Shown piece after piece: positions 1-8,747 of a stretch of DNA of 64,000 nucleotides. Source of the DNA: Chthonomonadales bacterium. Its GTDB lineage: Bacteria; Armatimonadota; Chthonomonadetes; Chthonomonadales; CAJBBX01. Position numbers and translations under genes: made by a program. Under the pieces are notes generated by a model. It saw only the letters and a list, made by a program, of their open reading frames with translations. It was not told where the DNA came from and did no database searches. Location of the stretch: the NCBI GenBank assembly GCA_049967475.1, contig JBMFSQ010000002.1, positions 128,001 to 192,000 of the forward strand. The letters are read 5' to 3'. Each line of letters begins with the position of its first letter. The stretch's first letter is position 1.

Positions 1-930
1 ATAGGAAGCCCCTATCGGTACGAGGGATCCTTCTCGGTAGGCGTCATCAGCTCCCTCTACCGGCGGCAGGAGATCCGCTCCCTGCGGGGATTGCGCCTGT
101 ACCCCGACATGATCCAGACGGATGCTGCGATCAATCCCGGCAACTCAGGGGGTCCTTTGGTCAATATCGAGGGTGAGGTAATCGGCATCAACACCGCCAT
201 CGAGTCCGACACGGGCGGAAGCGTCGGCATCGGCTTCGCCATCCCCATCAATGACGCCAAATTCGTGATCGCTCAGCTTATGGCGAAGGGGCGCGTAGCG
301 TACGGCTACCTGGGCATCGAACCCGACACCGTAACGCCCCGATACGCCGCAGCCTACCGGGTCACGGGCGGCGCCAGAGTGCAGGCCGACCCGGAGCCGG
401 GCAGTCCCGCCGCTAAAGCCGGCCTTCAGGTGGATGACGTCATTACTCAAATCGGCGACAAGCCCATACATAACGAGACGGACCTGCGCACCACAGTCGC
501 CCATCTCGTTCCTGGGACGGTGGTGGATGTAACGTTCGTGCGGGATGGCGTAACGCGCCGCACCAAAGTCACCATCGGCGAATGGAAGGATCCCTACGCC
601 GAACCTCCCATCCCTGTGCCGGCGCCGGGCCGAGCAGACCTGGGCATCACCGTGGCTCCGCTCACTCCCGAATCCGCCAGGCGCGCCGGCGTGGATGAAA
701 AGACGCCGGGCGTGGTGATCCGCGCTCTGGACCCCGCCTCCGCGGCATCCATGTCGGAACTCATGACAGGAGACGTGATCCTGCGCGTAAACAATGTGGA
801 AACGCCCACCGTAGAAGCATTTCGGAAGGCTGCTGCCGGCCTCCACTCTGGAGATGTGGTACGCATCCTGTGGGTGCGCAAGATGGGCGATCAGGCCACA
901 CGGCGCGTCGCCACCATCATTGTGGACTGA
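1..930 (+). CDS. htrA: HtrA/DegP-family serine protease, 5'-truncated (end of protease domain plus two PDZ domains)
   Basis: Frame open from base 1 (IGSPYRYEGSFSVGVISS...); IQTDAAINPGNSGGPL catalytic Ser motif; two PDZ-like repeats (YLGI...GLQVDDVI; LGI...GDVILRVN). Confidence 0.93.
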   Translation: MGSPYRYEGSFSVGVISSLYRRQEIRSLRGLRLYPDMIQTDAAINPGNSGGPLVNIEGEVIGINTAIESDTGGSVGIGFAIPINDAKFVIAQLMAKGRVAYGYLGIEPDTVTPRYAAAYRVTGGARVQADPEPGSPAAKAGLQVDDVITQIGDKPIHNETDLRTTVAHLVPGTVVDVTFVRDGVTRRTKVTIGEWKDPYAEPPIPVPAPGRADLGITVAPLTPESARRAGVDEKTPGVVIRALDPASAASMSELMTGDVILRVNNVETPTVEAFRKAAAGLHSGDVVRILWVRKMGDQATRRVATIIVD

Positions 931-955
931 CGTGCAGCACACAGTGGCCGCCTCT

Positions 956-964
956 TGGTATACT
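956..964 (+). promoter_or_regulatory. Putative extended -10 promoter for the proteasome operon
   Basis: TGGTATACT (TGn-TATACT) about 45 nt upstream of the arc ATG. Confidence 0.45.
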
Positions 965-1010
965 CTAATCCCACCAGCGCCATCGCCGGCAGGGAAAGAA
1001 AGGGTGCCGT

Positions 1011-2729
1011 ATGCCCAAAGGACGCGATAACGAGTTCTTCGAAGACCCGGACGAAGTGATCCGCGAGTGGTCCCTTCCCGAAACCCGCTACCGTGCCGCA
1101 CGCCTCCTTCAGGAGATTATCCGCGTGACGCCGCGCACGGACCCGCGCTTGGACGCCATGCTCTTGCTGCTGCACCAATTGGAGACCGACGAAAAGCAGA
1201 TGCAAGAGGCCCAGCAAGCAATTGCAGAACTAGAAGAGGCCTACAACAAACTGACTTCGCCTGCTAACCGCATCGGCGTCTTCATCGGCCCAATCGAAGG
1301 GACCGACACGGTTCAGATCGCCGTGGGTGACCAGGAGTACATCGCTTCCGTAGATCCCAAGCTGAAGGATGCAAAGTTCAAGGTGGGGACCCGTGTCAAG
1401 GTGAATGATGCCTTTGCCGTCATTGGGGACCTGGGTTACCATCCCGGCGGCCCGCTCGTGAAGATCAGCGAAGTGGTGGATGAACAGCGCCTCCGGGTGT
1501 CGCTGGATGCCCAGGGGATGCAGTCCCGCATCATCTATCGGTCTACAGACCTCATGGGCGTACCCCTCAAGGCAGGAGATGAAGTACGTGTCGAGCCCAA
1601 TTTCAAGGTGGCCCTCGAACACTTCCCAATGAAAGAGACGCGCGAATACTTCCTGGAGGAAGTGCCGGAACTTCCCTGGAGCAAAATCGGGGGGCAAGAG
1701 GAGGCCATCGAAGTCATAAAGGATGCCATCGAGCTTCCTTTGCTCTATCCGGAACTCTTTGCACGCTTCGAAAAGCGCCCCCTGAAAGGCATCCTTCTCT
1801 ACGGTCCTCCCGGCTGCGGCAAGACACTCATCGGCAAGGCCACGGCGTACAATCTCACCCGCGAGTATCGCCTGCGCACCCGGCGCGATGTCAAAGAGTA
1901 CTTCATGTACATCAATGGGCCCAAGATCCTCAACATGTGGCTGGGTGAGTCCGAGCGCATGGTCCGTGAGATCTTTAGTACCGCCCGCGAAAAAGCCCGG
2001 GATGGATACCTCGTCTTCATCTTCATAGACGAAGCCGAGTCCATCCTGCGCACGCGTTCCTCCGGCCGATGGCTCAACATCTCCAACACGGTGGTGCCCC
2101 AGTTCTGTGCCGAAATGGATGGATTGGTCGGACTGGAAAACGTCGTCGTGATGCTCACCTCCAACCGGCCGGATTATATAGACCCCGCCATCCTCCGCCC
2201 GGAACGGATAGACCGCAAAGTGAAGGTGAGCCGCCCCAATCGGCGCGATGCCCGGGACATTCTTGCCATCTATCTGCACGAGAACATTCCAATTGACCCC
2301 GCCCTAGTGCGGGAACACAAGGGCGATGCGGCCGGTGCACGCAACGAACTGCTGGACCTCGCCATCGAGTTCCTTTGGAGGTGTGAACCCGACACGGAAT
2401 TCCTGGAGGTTTATTTGCGCAGCGGAAGCCAGGAGACCCTCTATTGGAAGGACTTGGTGAGCGGCGCCCTCATCAAGTCTGTAGTGGAGCGGGCGAAAGA
2501 TTACGCCATCAAACGCTCCATTGCTTCCTCTTCGGATACCGAAGGCATTACCCTGACCGATCTTCAGCAGGCCATTCGGGTGGAGTACAAGGAAAACGAG
2601 ATCTTCCCAAAAAGTGACACGCAGGAGGATTGGCTCAAGCTGTTGGACTACAATCCCGAGAACGTAGCCGCCATCAAACCCATCCGCGCAAAACGCCGCA
2701 TGCCTCCGGCGCGCCGGAATATTATCTGA
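1011..2729 (+). CDS. arc: Proteasome-associated AAA+ ATPase (ARC/Mpa family)
   Basis: N-terminal coiled coil, OB-like interdomain region, LEEVPELPWSKIGG, Walker A GPPGCGKT, Walker B FIFIDE, SRH SNRPDYIDPAILRP, VSGALIKSVVERAK; first gene of a Pup-like operon. Confidence 0.93.
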   Translation: MPKGRDNEFFEDPDEVIREWSLPETRYRAARLLQEIIRVTPRTDPRLDAMLLLLHQLETDEKQMQEAQQAIAELEEAYNKLTSPANRIGVFIGPIEGTDTVQIAVGDQEYIASVDPKLKDAKFKVGTRVKVNDAFAVIGDLGYHPGGPLVKISEVVDEQRLRVSLDAQGMQSRIIYRSTDLMGVPLKAGDEVRVEPNFKVALEHFPMKETREYFLEEVPELPWSKIGGQEEAIEVIKDAIELPLLYPELFARFEKRPLKGILLYGPPGCGKTLIGKATAYNLTREYRLRTRRDVKEYFMYINGPKILNMWLGESERMVREIFSTAREKARDGYLVFIFIDEAESILRTRSSGRWLNISNTVVPQFCAEMDGLVGLENVVVMLTSNRPDYIDPAILRPERIDRKVKVSRPNRRDARDILAIYLHENIPIDPALVREHKGDAAGARNELLDLAIEFLWRCEPDTEFLEVYLRSGSQETLYWKDLVSGALIKSVVERAKDYAIKRSIASSSDTEGITLTDLQQAIRVEYKENEIFPKSDTQEDWLKLLDYNPENVAAIKPIRAKRRMPPARRNII

Positions 2730-2750
2730 GATCGGACACGGTACGCCTCT

Positions 2751-4307
2751 GTGCTGCATCGCATCTTCGGCATCGAAACGGAATACGGTATTTCCATAGA
2801 AGGCGCGGGTACCCACGACCTCGTCGCGGAGACCATAGCCGTCGTGCGCTCCTACCCAGGTCCCTGTGTAACGGGCTGGAACTACCGGGGCGAGGATCCG
2901 CGGCGCGACATACGCGGGTTTACGGTGACCCATTTGGCCACCAACCCCGACGATGCACAGTTCGACGACCCCTCCCGACCCCCTATGCCCCTATCGGAAG
3001 AGCGCAGCGACCGCATCCTCGCCAATGGCGCGCGCCTCTACAACGACCACGGCCACCCGGAATATTCGACACCCGAATGTGCCAAGCTGCAGGATCTGGT
3101 AGCTCATGACTGCGCCGGAGAGCGCATCGTGTGGGAGTGCGCCCGCCGCTACACCGAAACCACGGGGCACCTCGTTCGCCTGTACAAGAACAACACCGAT
3201 TACCACAAAGCCTCCTATGGAACCCACGAAGGGTACCTCACCCTGCGCAGCGTACCCGCCGACACCCTCATTCTGGCCCTCACCCCATTCCTCGTCACAC
3301 GGCAGATCTTTGCAGGCGCCGGCAAGGTTACCGCCGAGGAGGGCCTCTTTCAGATCTCCCAGAGGGCAGATTTCATCAGCGTAGAGGCGGGCGTGGACAC
3401 CCTCCACAATCGCCCCTTGGTAAACACACGCGATGAACCCCACGCCACTCCCAGCCGATACCGGCGCCTCCATCTGATCGTAGGCGATGCCAATATGAGT
3501 CGCTGGGCTACAGCCATGAAGGTGGGAACCACATCCCTGGTCCTCGCCCTCGTCGAAGACGGATGGCAGCCCCAAGTCCGCCTGCGCAACCCCGTGTCTG
3601 CCCTCAAGCACATCTCCCGGGACCGCACCCTGCAATGGATCGTCGAGCTGGAAGACGGCCGATCCGCCTACGCCATAGACCTCCAGCGCATCTACCTCCA
3701 AGAGGCGCAGCGCCGCTTCGCGGGCGCATCGGAAGACGTGGACTGGGTGCTTTCGGAGTGGGACGCTGTTCTCACCGATCTTTCTGAGGACTTGACAGCC
3801 GCACGTGATCGCGTGGACTGGATCGCCAAACGTACACTCATGGAACAGTTCATGGAGGAAGAGGGCGTGGGCTGGGATGCTCCCATCATGGAAAGCCTGG
3901 ATCTGGCCTACCACGATGTGGACCCGGAAGAGGGCCTGTACTACGGCCTGGAAGCCTCCGGAGCCATGCGGCATGTGGTGTCGGACAACGCCATCGAAGC
4001 CGCGCGCTCATGCCCGCCGCCGGACACCCGGGCATCTATCCGCGGCCTCTTCGTGAGGCGCTTTCCAGAAGCAGTACGCGCGGTAGGTTGGAACGGCATC
4101 GCCTTCCACAACAACGGTGAAGACCTGCTTTTCGACATGAATTCCCTGGTGGATGGCAACGTGGCGTCCCTGGCTGCCGAACTCTCAGAAGCTGCTACGT
4201 TGAATGATTGGGTTGCTATCATCCAACAAAACCCAAGCAAAACCGAAGCAAAGGAAGGCAGCGGTGGTCCTGGTGCCGGCAACCAGGAACCATCCAATGC
4301 CGTATAA
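2751..4307 (+). CDS. dop: Dop-like depupylase/deamidase (PafA2 family)
   Basis: GIETEYGI, NGARLYNDHGHPEYSTPEC, YKNNTD, SQRADF, RPLVNTRDEPHA, RRLHLIVGDANMS; GTG start. Confidence 0.9.
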   Translation: MLHRIFGIETEYGISIEGAGTHDLVAETIAVVRSYPGPCVTGWNYRGEDPRRDIRGFTVTHLATNPDDAQFDDPSRPPMPLSEERSDRILANGARLYNDHGHPEYSTPECAKLQDLVAHDCAGERIVWECARRYTETTGHLVRLYKNNTDYHKASYGTHEGYLTLRSVPADTLILALTPFLVTRQIFAGAGKVTAEEGLFQISQRADFISVEAGVDTLHNRPLVNTRDEPHATPSRYRRLHLIVGDANMSRWATAMKVGTTSLVLALVEDGWQPQVRLRNPVSALKHISRDRTLQWIVELEDGRSAYAIDLQRIYLQEAQRRFAGASEDVDWVLSEWDAVLTDLSEDLTAARDRVDWIAKRTLMEQFMEEEGVGWDAPIMESLDLAYHDVDPEEGLYYGLEASGAMRHVVSDNAIEAARSCPPPDTRASIRGLFVRRFPEAVRAVGWNGIAFHNNGEDLLFDMNSLVDGNVASLAAELSEAATLNDWVAIIQQNPSKTEAKEGSGGPGAGNQEPSNAV

Positions 4308-4343
4308 TGGAACTGTAGGCCGAAGCCGGTAAGGAGAAAGAGA

Positions 4344-4529
4344 ATGATCGTCAAAGCTGAAGAGCGCCTCACCAGGCCCTTGCCCGTGACACCCGAACGC
4401 AGACCTGGAGATGGCGAAGGACCCACCAAACCCGACGTAAAGAGGCCCGATACCAGTGACCTGCTCAAGCGGATGAAGCGCGTGGATCCGGATGCCGCCC
4501 GCCGGTACCGCCAGCGGAGCGGTGAGTGA
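4344..4529 (+). CDS. ubact: UBact, prokaryotic ubiquitin-like modifier (Pup analogue)
   Basis: 61 aa, Pro/charged and probably disordered; C-terminus LLKRMKRVDPDAARRYRQRSGE fits the UBact R[S/T]G[E/Q] end; AAGGAG RBS; lies between dop and prcB. Confidence 0.92.
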   Translation: MIVKAEERLTRPLPVTPERRPGDGEGPTKPDVKRPDTSDLLKRMKRVDPDAARRYRQRSGE

Positions 4530-4532
4530 GGA

Positions 4533-5321
4533 ATGCAGGCAAGCACTTTACGGGAGCTGCTGGGCGCCGGCCGTGAACCCGTGTTGCCGCTTCCTTCTGC
4601 GAGCCGGCCTGCGCCGGATGCGCCAGGAGGCGGCATGCCTCTCGAAGTCCACGGTACCACCGTCATCGCCGTCAAATACCGGGGCGGTGTACTCAACGTG
4701 GGTGACCGCAGGGCCACCGCCAACTTTGCCGTGATGTACGACCGCGCCGAGAAGGTGCTGCCCATTGACGACTATACGCTCCTGGCAATCTCGGGAAGCT
4801 ACGCCCGGGCCATGGAAGTAGTTCGCTATCTGCGCCATTCGTTCAAGTACTTTGAGCGTTCTCAACTTCAACCCATGAGCCTGGACGGCAAGCTTGCGGA
4901 ACTGGCCCGTGCGGTTGCAGCCGGAGTTCCCGCAGCGTTGCAGGGCATCGGGGGCTTCATCCCCATCCTCAGCACCTTCGACCGCGCAGCGAATGAAGGC
5001 CGCATCTTCTTCTACGACGGAATGGGCGCACGCTTCGAGTCCACCGAATACGGCGCGGCAGGCTCCGGCGCGATCCAAATACGGGGAGTGTTTGATTACA
5101 TTGTCAAGACGCGCCGCCCCTTCCACGAAATGGAGCGCACCGAGGCCCTTAGGGAAGCACTTCTTCTTCTGGATATCGCCTCGGATCTGGACGCGGCCAC
5201 GGGAGGTTGGTCTAAGGTTCTCCCCTTGGCCAAGACGATTGACGCAGAAGGGATTGCCGACGTACCCGAGGCAGAATTGCGCAGCCTCGTGGATGAGATC
5301 AACCGCATGGGGCGCCGCTAA
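4533..5321 (+). CDS. prcB: 20S proteasome beta subunit with 41-aa propeptide
   Basis: HG/TTVIA autoprocessing site; Thr1, Asp17 (GDRR) and Lys33 (EKV) at canonical spacing; AAGSG. Confidence 0.93.
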   Translation: MQASTLRELLGAGREPVLPLPSASRPAPDAPGGGMPLEVHGTTVIAVKYRGGVLNVGDRRATANFAVMYDRAEKVLPIDDYTLLAISGSYARAMEVVRYLRHSFKYFERSQLQPMSLDGKLAELARAVAAGVPAALQGIGGFIPILSTFDRAANEGRIFFYDGMGARFESTEYGAAGSGAIQIRGVFDYIVKTRRPFHEMERTEALREALLLLDIASDLDAATGGWSKVLPLAKTIDAEGIADVPEAELRSLVDEINRMGRR

Positions 5322-5373
5322 GGCTCCACTTCCGAAGGGCTTTCCCTCGAAGGCACTGGAGACAGAGTACCGG

Positions 5374-6168
5374 ATGGTTTACACACCTTTTGATTTCAAC
5401 GAAGCGATCAGCCAGCGCCGCGAATGGGCCGAGACGGGGTTGCGCGAAGGGAGCCCCGTAGTAGGCGTGAGCATCGAGGATGGGCTCTTCCTCCTTACGG
5501 TGCGCCAGACGCAACGCAAGGTCTTCGAGATTTATGACCGCCTCATCTACTCGGCCATCGGCAACCAGTCTGATATCGAGGCGATCCGCATCGGAGCCAT
5601 TGACGTAGCCCACCGTGAGGGCTTTGAGCGCAGTCCCGACGACGTTACCGCCCATCGCCTTTTGGGTTTCGCCTTGAGCCCGCCCCTCAAGAAGCTCTTC
5701 GGCGATAGCTTCAACGCCCCGGCAGTTGTTCGCGCCATCTTCGGCGAAATGGGCCCTGCACCGCAGGACGACCTTTATTACGTGCTCAATTACGACGGAG
5801 AGTTCTTTCAGAGGGAGCGCTGCGCTGCCGTAGCCGGCACTCCGGAAGCCGAAGAGCATATCGCCAAGCATCTAGCCACGATCCAGCCGCAGGTCCCCCT
5901 GCACGAGGCGATCCCGCTGGCTCTGCGCGCCTGGGCGGTTGGGGTGCTCCTGGGAAACCGCCACGAGCCTGCAGACGGTGAAGAAGCCCCATCGCCGGAC
6001 GATGCTGTGCCGGAGGATCAAATCCTCCAGGAAATCCGTCGGCGCCTCGCCTCCGGCACGCTGGAGGTAGGATTGCTGGATCGCCGTACGCGGCGTGAGA
6101 GCAAATTCCGCCTCCTTGGCGCAGAGGAGCTCCAAAGTATTGTGAAAGATTTCTCAAGTACTGCATAG
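5374..6168 (+). CDS. prcA: 20S proteasome alpha subunit
   Basis: MVYTPFDFNEAISQRREWAETGLREGSPVV, RKVFEIYDRLIYSAIG, LEVGLLDR; ATG at 5374 chosen within the longer ORF. Confidence 0.9.
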   Translation: MVYTPFDFNEAISQRREWAETGLREGSPVVGVSIEDGLFLLTVRQTQRKVFEIYDRLIYSAIGNQSDIEAIRIGAIDVAHREGFERSPDDVTAHRLLGFALSPPLKKLFGDSFNAPAVVRAIFGEMGPAPQDDLYYVLNYDGEFFQRERCAAVAGTPEAEEHIAKHLATIQPQVPLHEAIPLALRAWAVGVLLGNRHEPADGEEAPSPDDAVPEDQILQEIRRRLASGTLEVGLLDRRTRRESKFRLLGAEELQSIVKDFSSTA

Positions 6169-6218
6169 AGGGCCTCGAGCTCGCGCGGTACACCAACCAC
6201 AATGGGACTACCCTGAGC

Positions 6219-7700
6219 ATGAAGAAGCGCGTCTTTGGCATCGAAACAGAATTCGGCTGCCTGGTGAACTCACCCGCTGTCGGCACGTTCGAGGACGTCG
6301 TTCAGGCCGTGAAGGACGGGGCGTTCTACAAGAAGAACCTGGGAGTGATTGATCTTCACGCCCGGGACACAGCCTTCGAACCGGCCCGCTCCGGCGGCTT
6401 TCTGCGCAACGGCGGCCGCCTCTACATAGATGCGGTGGGCAGCCACGAAGAATACGCCACCCCTGAGTGCGCGGACCTCCACACCCTGGTCGTTTACGAT
6501 CGGGCGGGCCGGTTTATCCTTCAGGATCTTCTGGAGGACCTCCACCTTGCCGAGGCTGCCAGCTTTCACAACAACTCTGTGGACCACTTTGGAGGACACA
6601 CCTTCGGATGCCATGAGAATTACCTCGTGGAGATTGAGGACCGCTTCTTCACCGATGCCCTGGCCTACTTGCTGCCGTTCCTTGTTACGCGGCAGATCTT
6701 CGCCGGAGCCGGCCGCGTAGGCGGACACAGGCTCACGCGCCCCAATAGCCGCGGCAACATCATGACGCTTGGCGAGAATGCGCTCGATTATATCTGGGTG
6801 AGCAACTTCTATGGGGTCGAGATTGACCACAGCGTGGACTTCCAGCTCTCTCAGCGCGCGGACCATATCGTTCGGGAACTCTCCAGCCGCGTGCGCTTCA
6901 ACCGGGCAATCGTCAATCCCAAGTGGGACACGTTCTACCGCCACAGCAAATGCCATCGCCTCCACGTGCTCTACGGCGAAGCCAACATGAGCGAGTATGC
7001 CCTCATGCTCAAGATAGGCACCACATGCATCGTCATGGACCTCATCGAGCGCGAGATCTATCCCGAAGGTGTGGTACTCGCCGACCCACTCGAGACGCTG
7101 CGTTCTGTGTCCCGTGATCCTAAGATGCGTTGGCTCGTACGCCTCAAGAACCAAGAGACCATCCCCGCGGTGGACCTGCAACGGAAGTATCTGGCCGCAG
7201 CACAAAAATACCTTCGCCGCCGGGACGACCAAACAGACTGGATCCTGGCGGAATGGGAACGCACTCTCGACGACCTCGAGCGTGACCCGCTCTCCACTGC
7301 AGACCGGCTGGATTGGGCCGCCAAGAAGAAACTCCTGATGGAATACATCGCACAGGAAGGCGTGTCCTGGCAGGACGACGTGATGCAGAGCCTCGATCTG
7401 GCATATCACAACGTGAACCCCAAGGAGAGCCTCCACGCTGCGCTGGAGGATGCTGGGCTCATGCTGCGGTTCACCACGCCCGAAGAGGTGGAAAGTGCCG
7501 CCGTCAATCCGCCCGAGAATACCCGGGCCCTGGGGCGAGGGCTCGCCGTGGAATACCTCTTGGCGCACCCCGAGATCCGCTATCGCTATTTCATTGATTG
7601 GGATGCGATTTACTTGGACTTCAACCACCGGCTGGACCTGCGCAACCCCTTCCACACCTACGAAAAAGAGGTACTGGAATTCCTGTCGAGGTCGGCGTAA
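6219..7700 (+). CDS. pafA: PafA-like UBact/Pup-protein ligase
   Basis: GIETEFG, FLRNGGRLYIDAVGSHEEYATPEC, FGCHENYL, LSQRADH, RLHVLYGEANMSE, DLAYHNV, PPENTRA. Confidence 0.9.
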   Translation: MKKRVFGIETEFGCLVNSPAVGTFEDVVQAVKDGAFYKKNLGVIDLHARDTAFEPARSGGFLRNGGRLYIDAVGSHEEYATPECADLHTLVVYDRAGRFILQDLLEDLHLAEAASFHNNSVDHFGGHTFGCHENYLVEIEDRFFTDALAYLLPFLVTRQIFAGAGRVGGHRLTRPNSRGNIMTLGENALDYIWVSNFYGVEIDHSVDFQLSQRADHIVRELSSRVRFNRAIVNPKWDTFYRHSKCHRLHVLYGEANMSEYALMLKIGTTCIVMDLIEREIYPEGVVLADPLETLRSVSRDPKMRWLVRLKNQETIPAVDLQRKYLAAAQKYLRRRDDQTDWILAEWERTLDDLERDPLSTADRLDWAAKKKLLMEYIAQEGVSWQDDVMQSLDLAYHNVNPKESLHAALEDAGLMLRFTTPEEVESAAVNPPENTRALGRGLAVEYLLAHPEIRYRYFIDWDAIYLDFNHRLDLRNPFHTYEKEVLEFLSRSA

Positions 7701-7951
7701 CACGCGATCTCGCCATCTGCATTCGCTCCGAAGGAGCCGCAGGAATGCGCGCAATAACGCGGGCTCCAGATCCCGGCATCCAACGGTCTGCGCATGATGA
7801 AGAAACTGCCCCTCAACGCCGTCCGGCGGCACAGCGCGCGAAGGAACATTAAGAGCCTCTGCTCGCGGCATCGCATCCTTATGGTTCCTCTCTGCCCGGC
7901 CGCTTCCAGAATAGGCAGCGGAACCGAGCCCGGCAGCCGCCGTTCGCCCCC

Positions 7952-7980
7952 TTGTGTTCCTCTCTTCCAACATGTATAAT
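7952..7980 (+). promoter_or_regulatory. Sigma70-type promoter
   Basis: TTGTGT-N17-TATAAT upstream of an AAGGAGG RBS and ATG 8025. Confidence 0.55.
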
Positions 7981-8024
7981 GCGCGTGGATCGTGTGCTCG
8001 GCTGCTATCCCCAAGGAGGGCTCC

Positions 8025-8366
8025 ATGCACCAAGATATCCTCGTCACCACAACGTTTGACCTGGACGGCTACCGCGTTGTGCGCCACCTGGGCATCGTGC
8101 GCGGCATTACCGTGCGTACTAGAGGCATTGGCGGCAAGATTGCCGCGGGTCTCCGCAGTATCGTCGGAGGGCAGGTTGAAGCCTACGTGTCTATGTGTGA
8201 GGTCGCCCGGGCTGAGGCTATGGAGTATATGTTGACGCACGCTCGCGAGCGGGGTGCAAACGCCGTTTTGGGGATGCGCTACGACGCCACGGAGGTCGAT
8301 TCCGGCATGACGGAAGTCCTAGCCTACGGAACCGCCGTTATCGTGGAGCCTTTGGCACAGGCTTGA
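8025..8366 (+). CDS. YbjQ/UPF0145 family protein
   Basis: GIVRGITVR...GLRSIVGG...GANAVLGMRYD...EVLAYGTAV signature; strong RBS. Confidence 0.88.
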   Translation: MHQDILVTTTFDLDGYRVVRHLGIVRGITVRTRGIGGKIAAGLRSIVGGQVEAYVSMCEVARAEAMEYMLTHARERGANAVLGMRYDATEVDSGMTEVLAYGTAVIVEPLAQA

Positions 8367-8379
8367 GAACTCCGCCACC

Positions 8380-8703
8380 ATGATCTGCAACCACTGCGGC
8401 GCAGACAACAACCCGGGGCGCGAACGGTGCGCCGTTTGCGGCAACCAACTCGTCGAGCTGGACCGCATCCTCCAACGAGATCGCAAGACCGGCCACGTAC
8501 TCCGCGCCGGTATCATCGGCCTCGTTGCCGGCGCTGCCGCCGCCATCTTCCTGGGCATCATTGTGGGTGCACTCTTTTCGCCCGAGGGCCGGCTGGCCGG
8601 CGCCGTTGTGGGCGGTTGGGTGGGCCTTTGGGTGGGTGCTCCGGTCGGAGCCATCCTTGGCGCACTCGCAGGCGCGCTGCTGCCTCAACCCAAGCAGTAT
8701 TGA
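8380..8703 (+). CDS. Zinc-ribbon domain membrane protein with glycine-zipper helices
   Basis: CNHCG-x9-CAVCG N-terminus followed by two Gly/Ala-rich hydrophobic segments. Confidence 0.7.
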   Translation: MICNHCGADNNPGRERCAVCGNQLVELDRILQRDRKTGHVLRAGIIGLVAGAAAAIFLGIIVGALFSPEGRLAGAVVGGWVGLWVGAPVGAILGALAGALLPQPKQY

Positions 8704-8747
8704 CGGGGGAGACACTCCCCAAAACCTGATGAACCTTGGAGAGAACG

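Noticed and set aside
4344..4529. Calling the modifier Pup
   Set aside because: It lacks the GG[E/Q] terminus and Pup core; the RSGE end fits UBact.
4894..5373. N-terminal extension of prcA in the ORF track
   Set aside because: It overlaps prcB; alpha-subunit similarity starts at ATG 5374. Upstream extensions of secDF, selB, cysS, ruvB and pfkA were trimmed for the same kind of reason.
6270..8240. Long antisense ORF of 656 aa (and similar ones such as 34438-35847, 52310-53515, 62577-63896)
   Set aside because: These are shadow frames of well-supported genes on the opposite strand, expected in GC-rich DNA, with no recognisable motifs.
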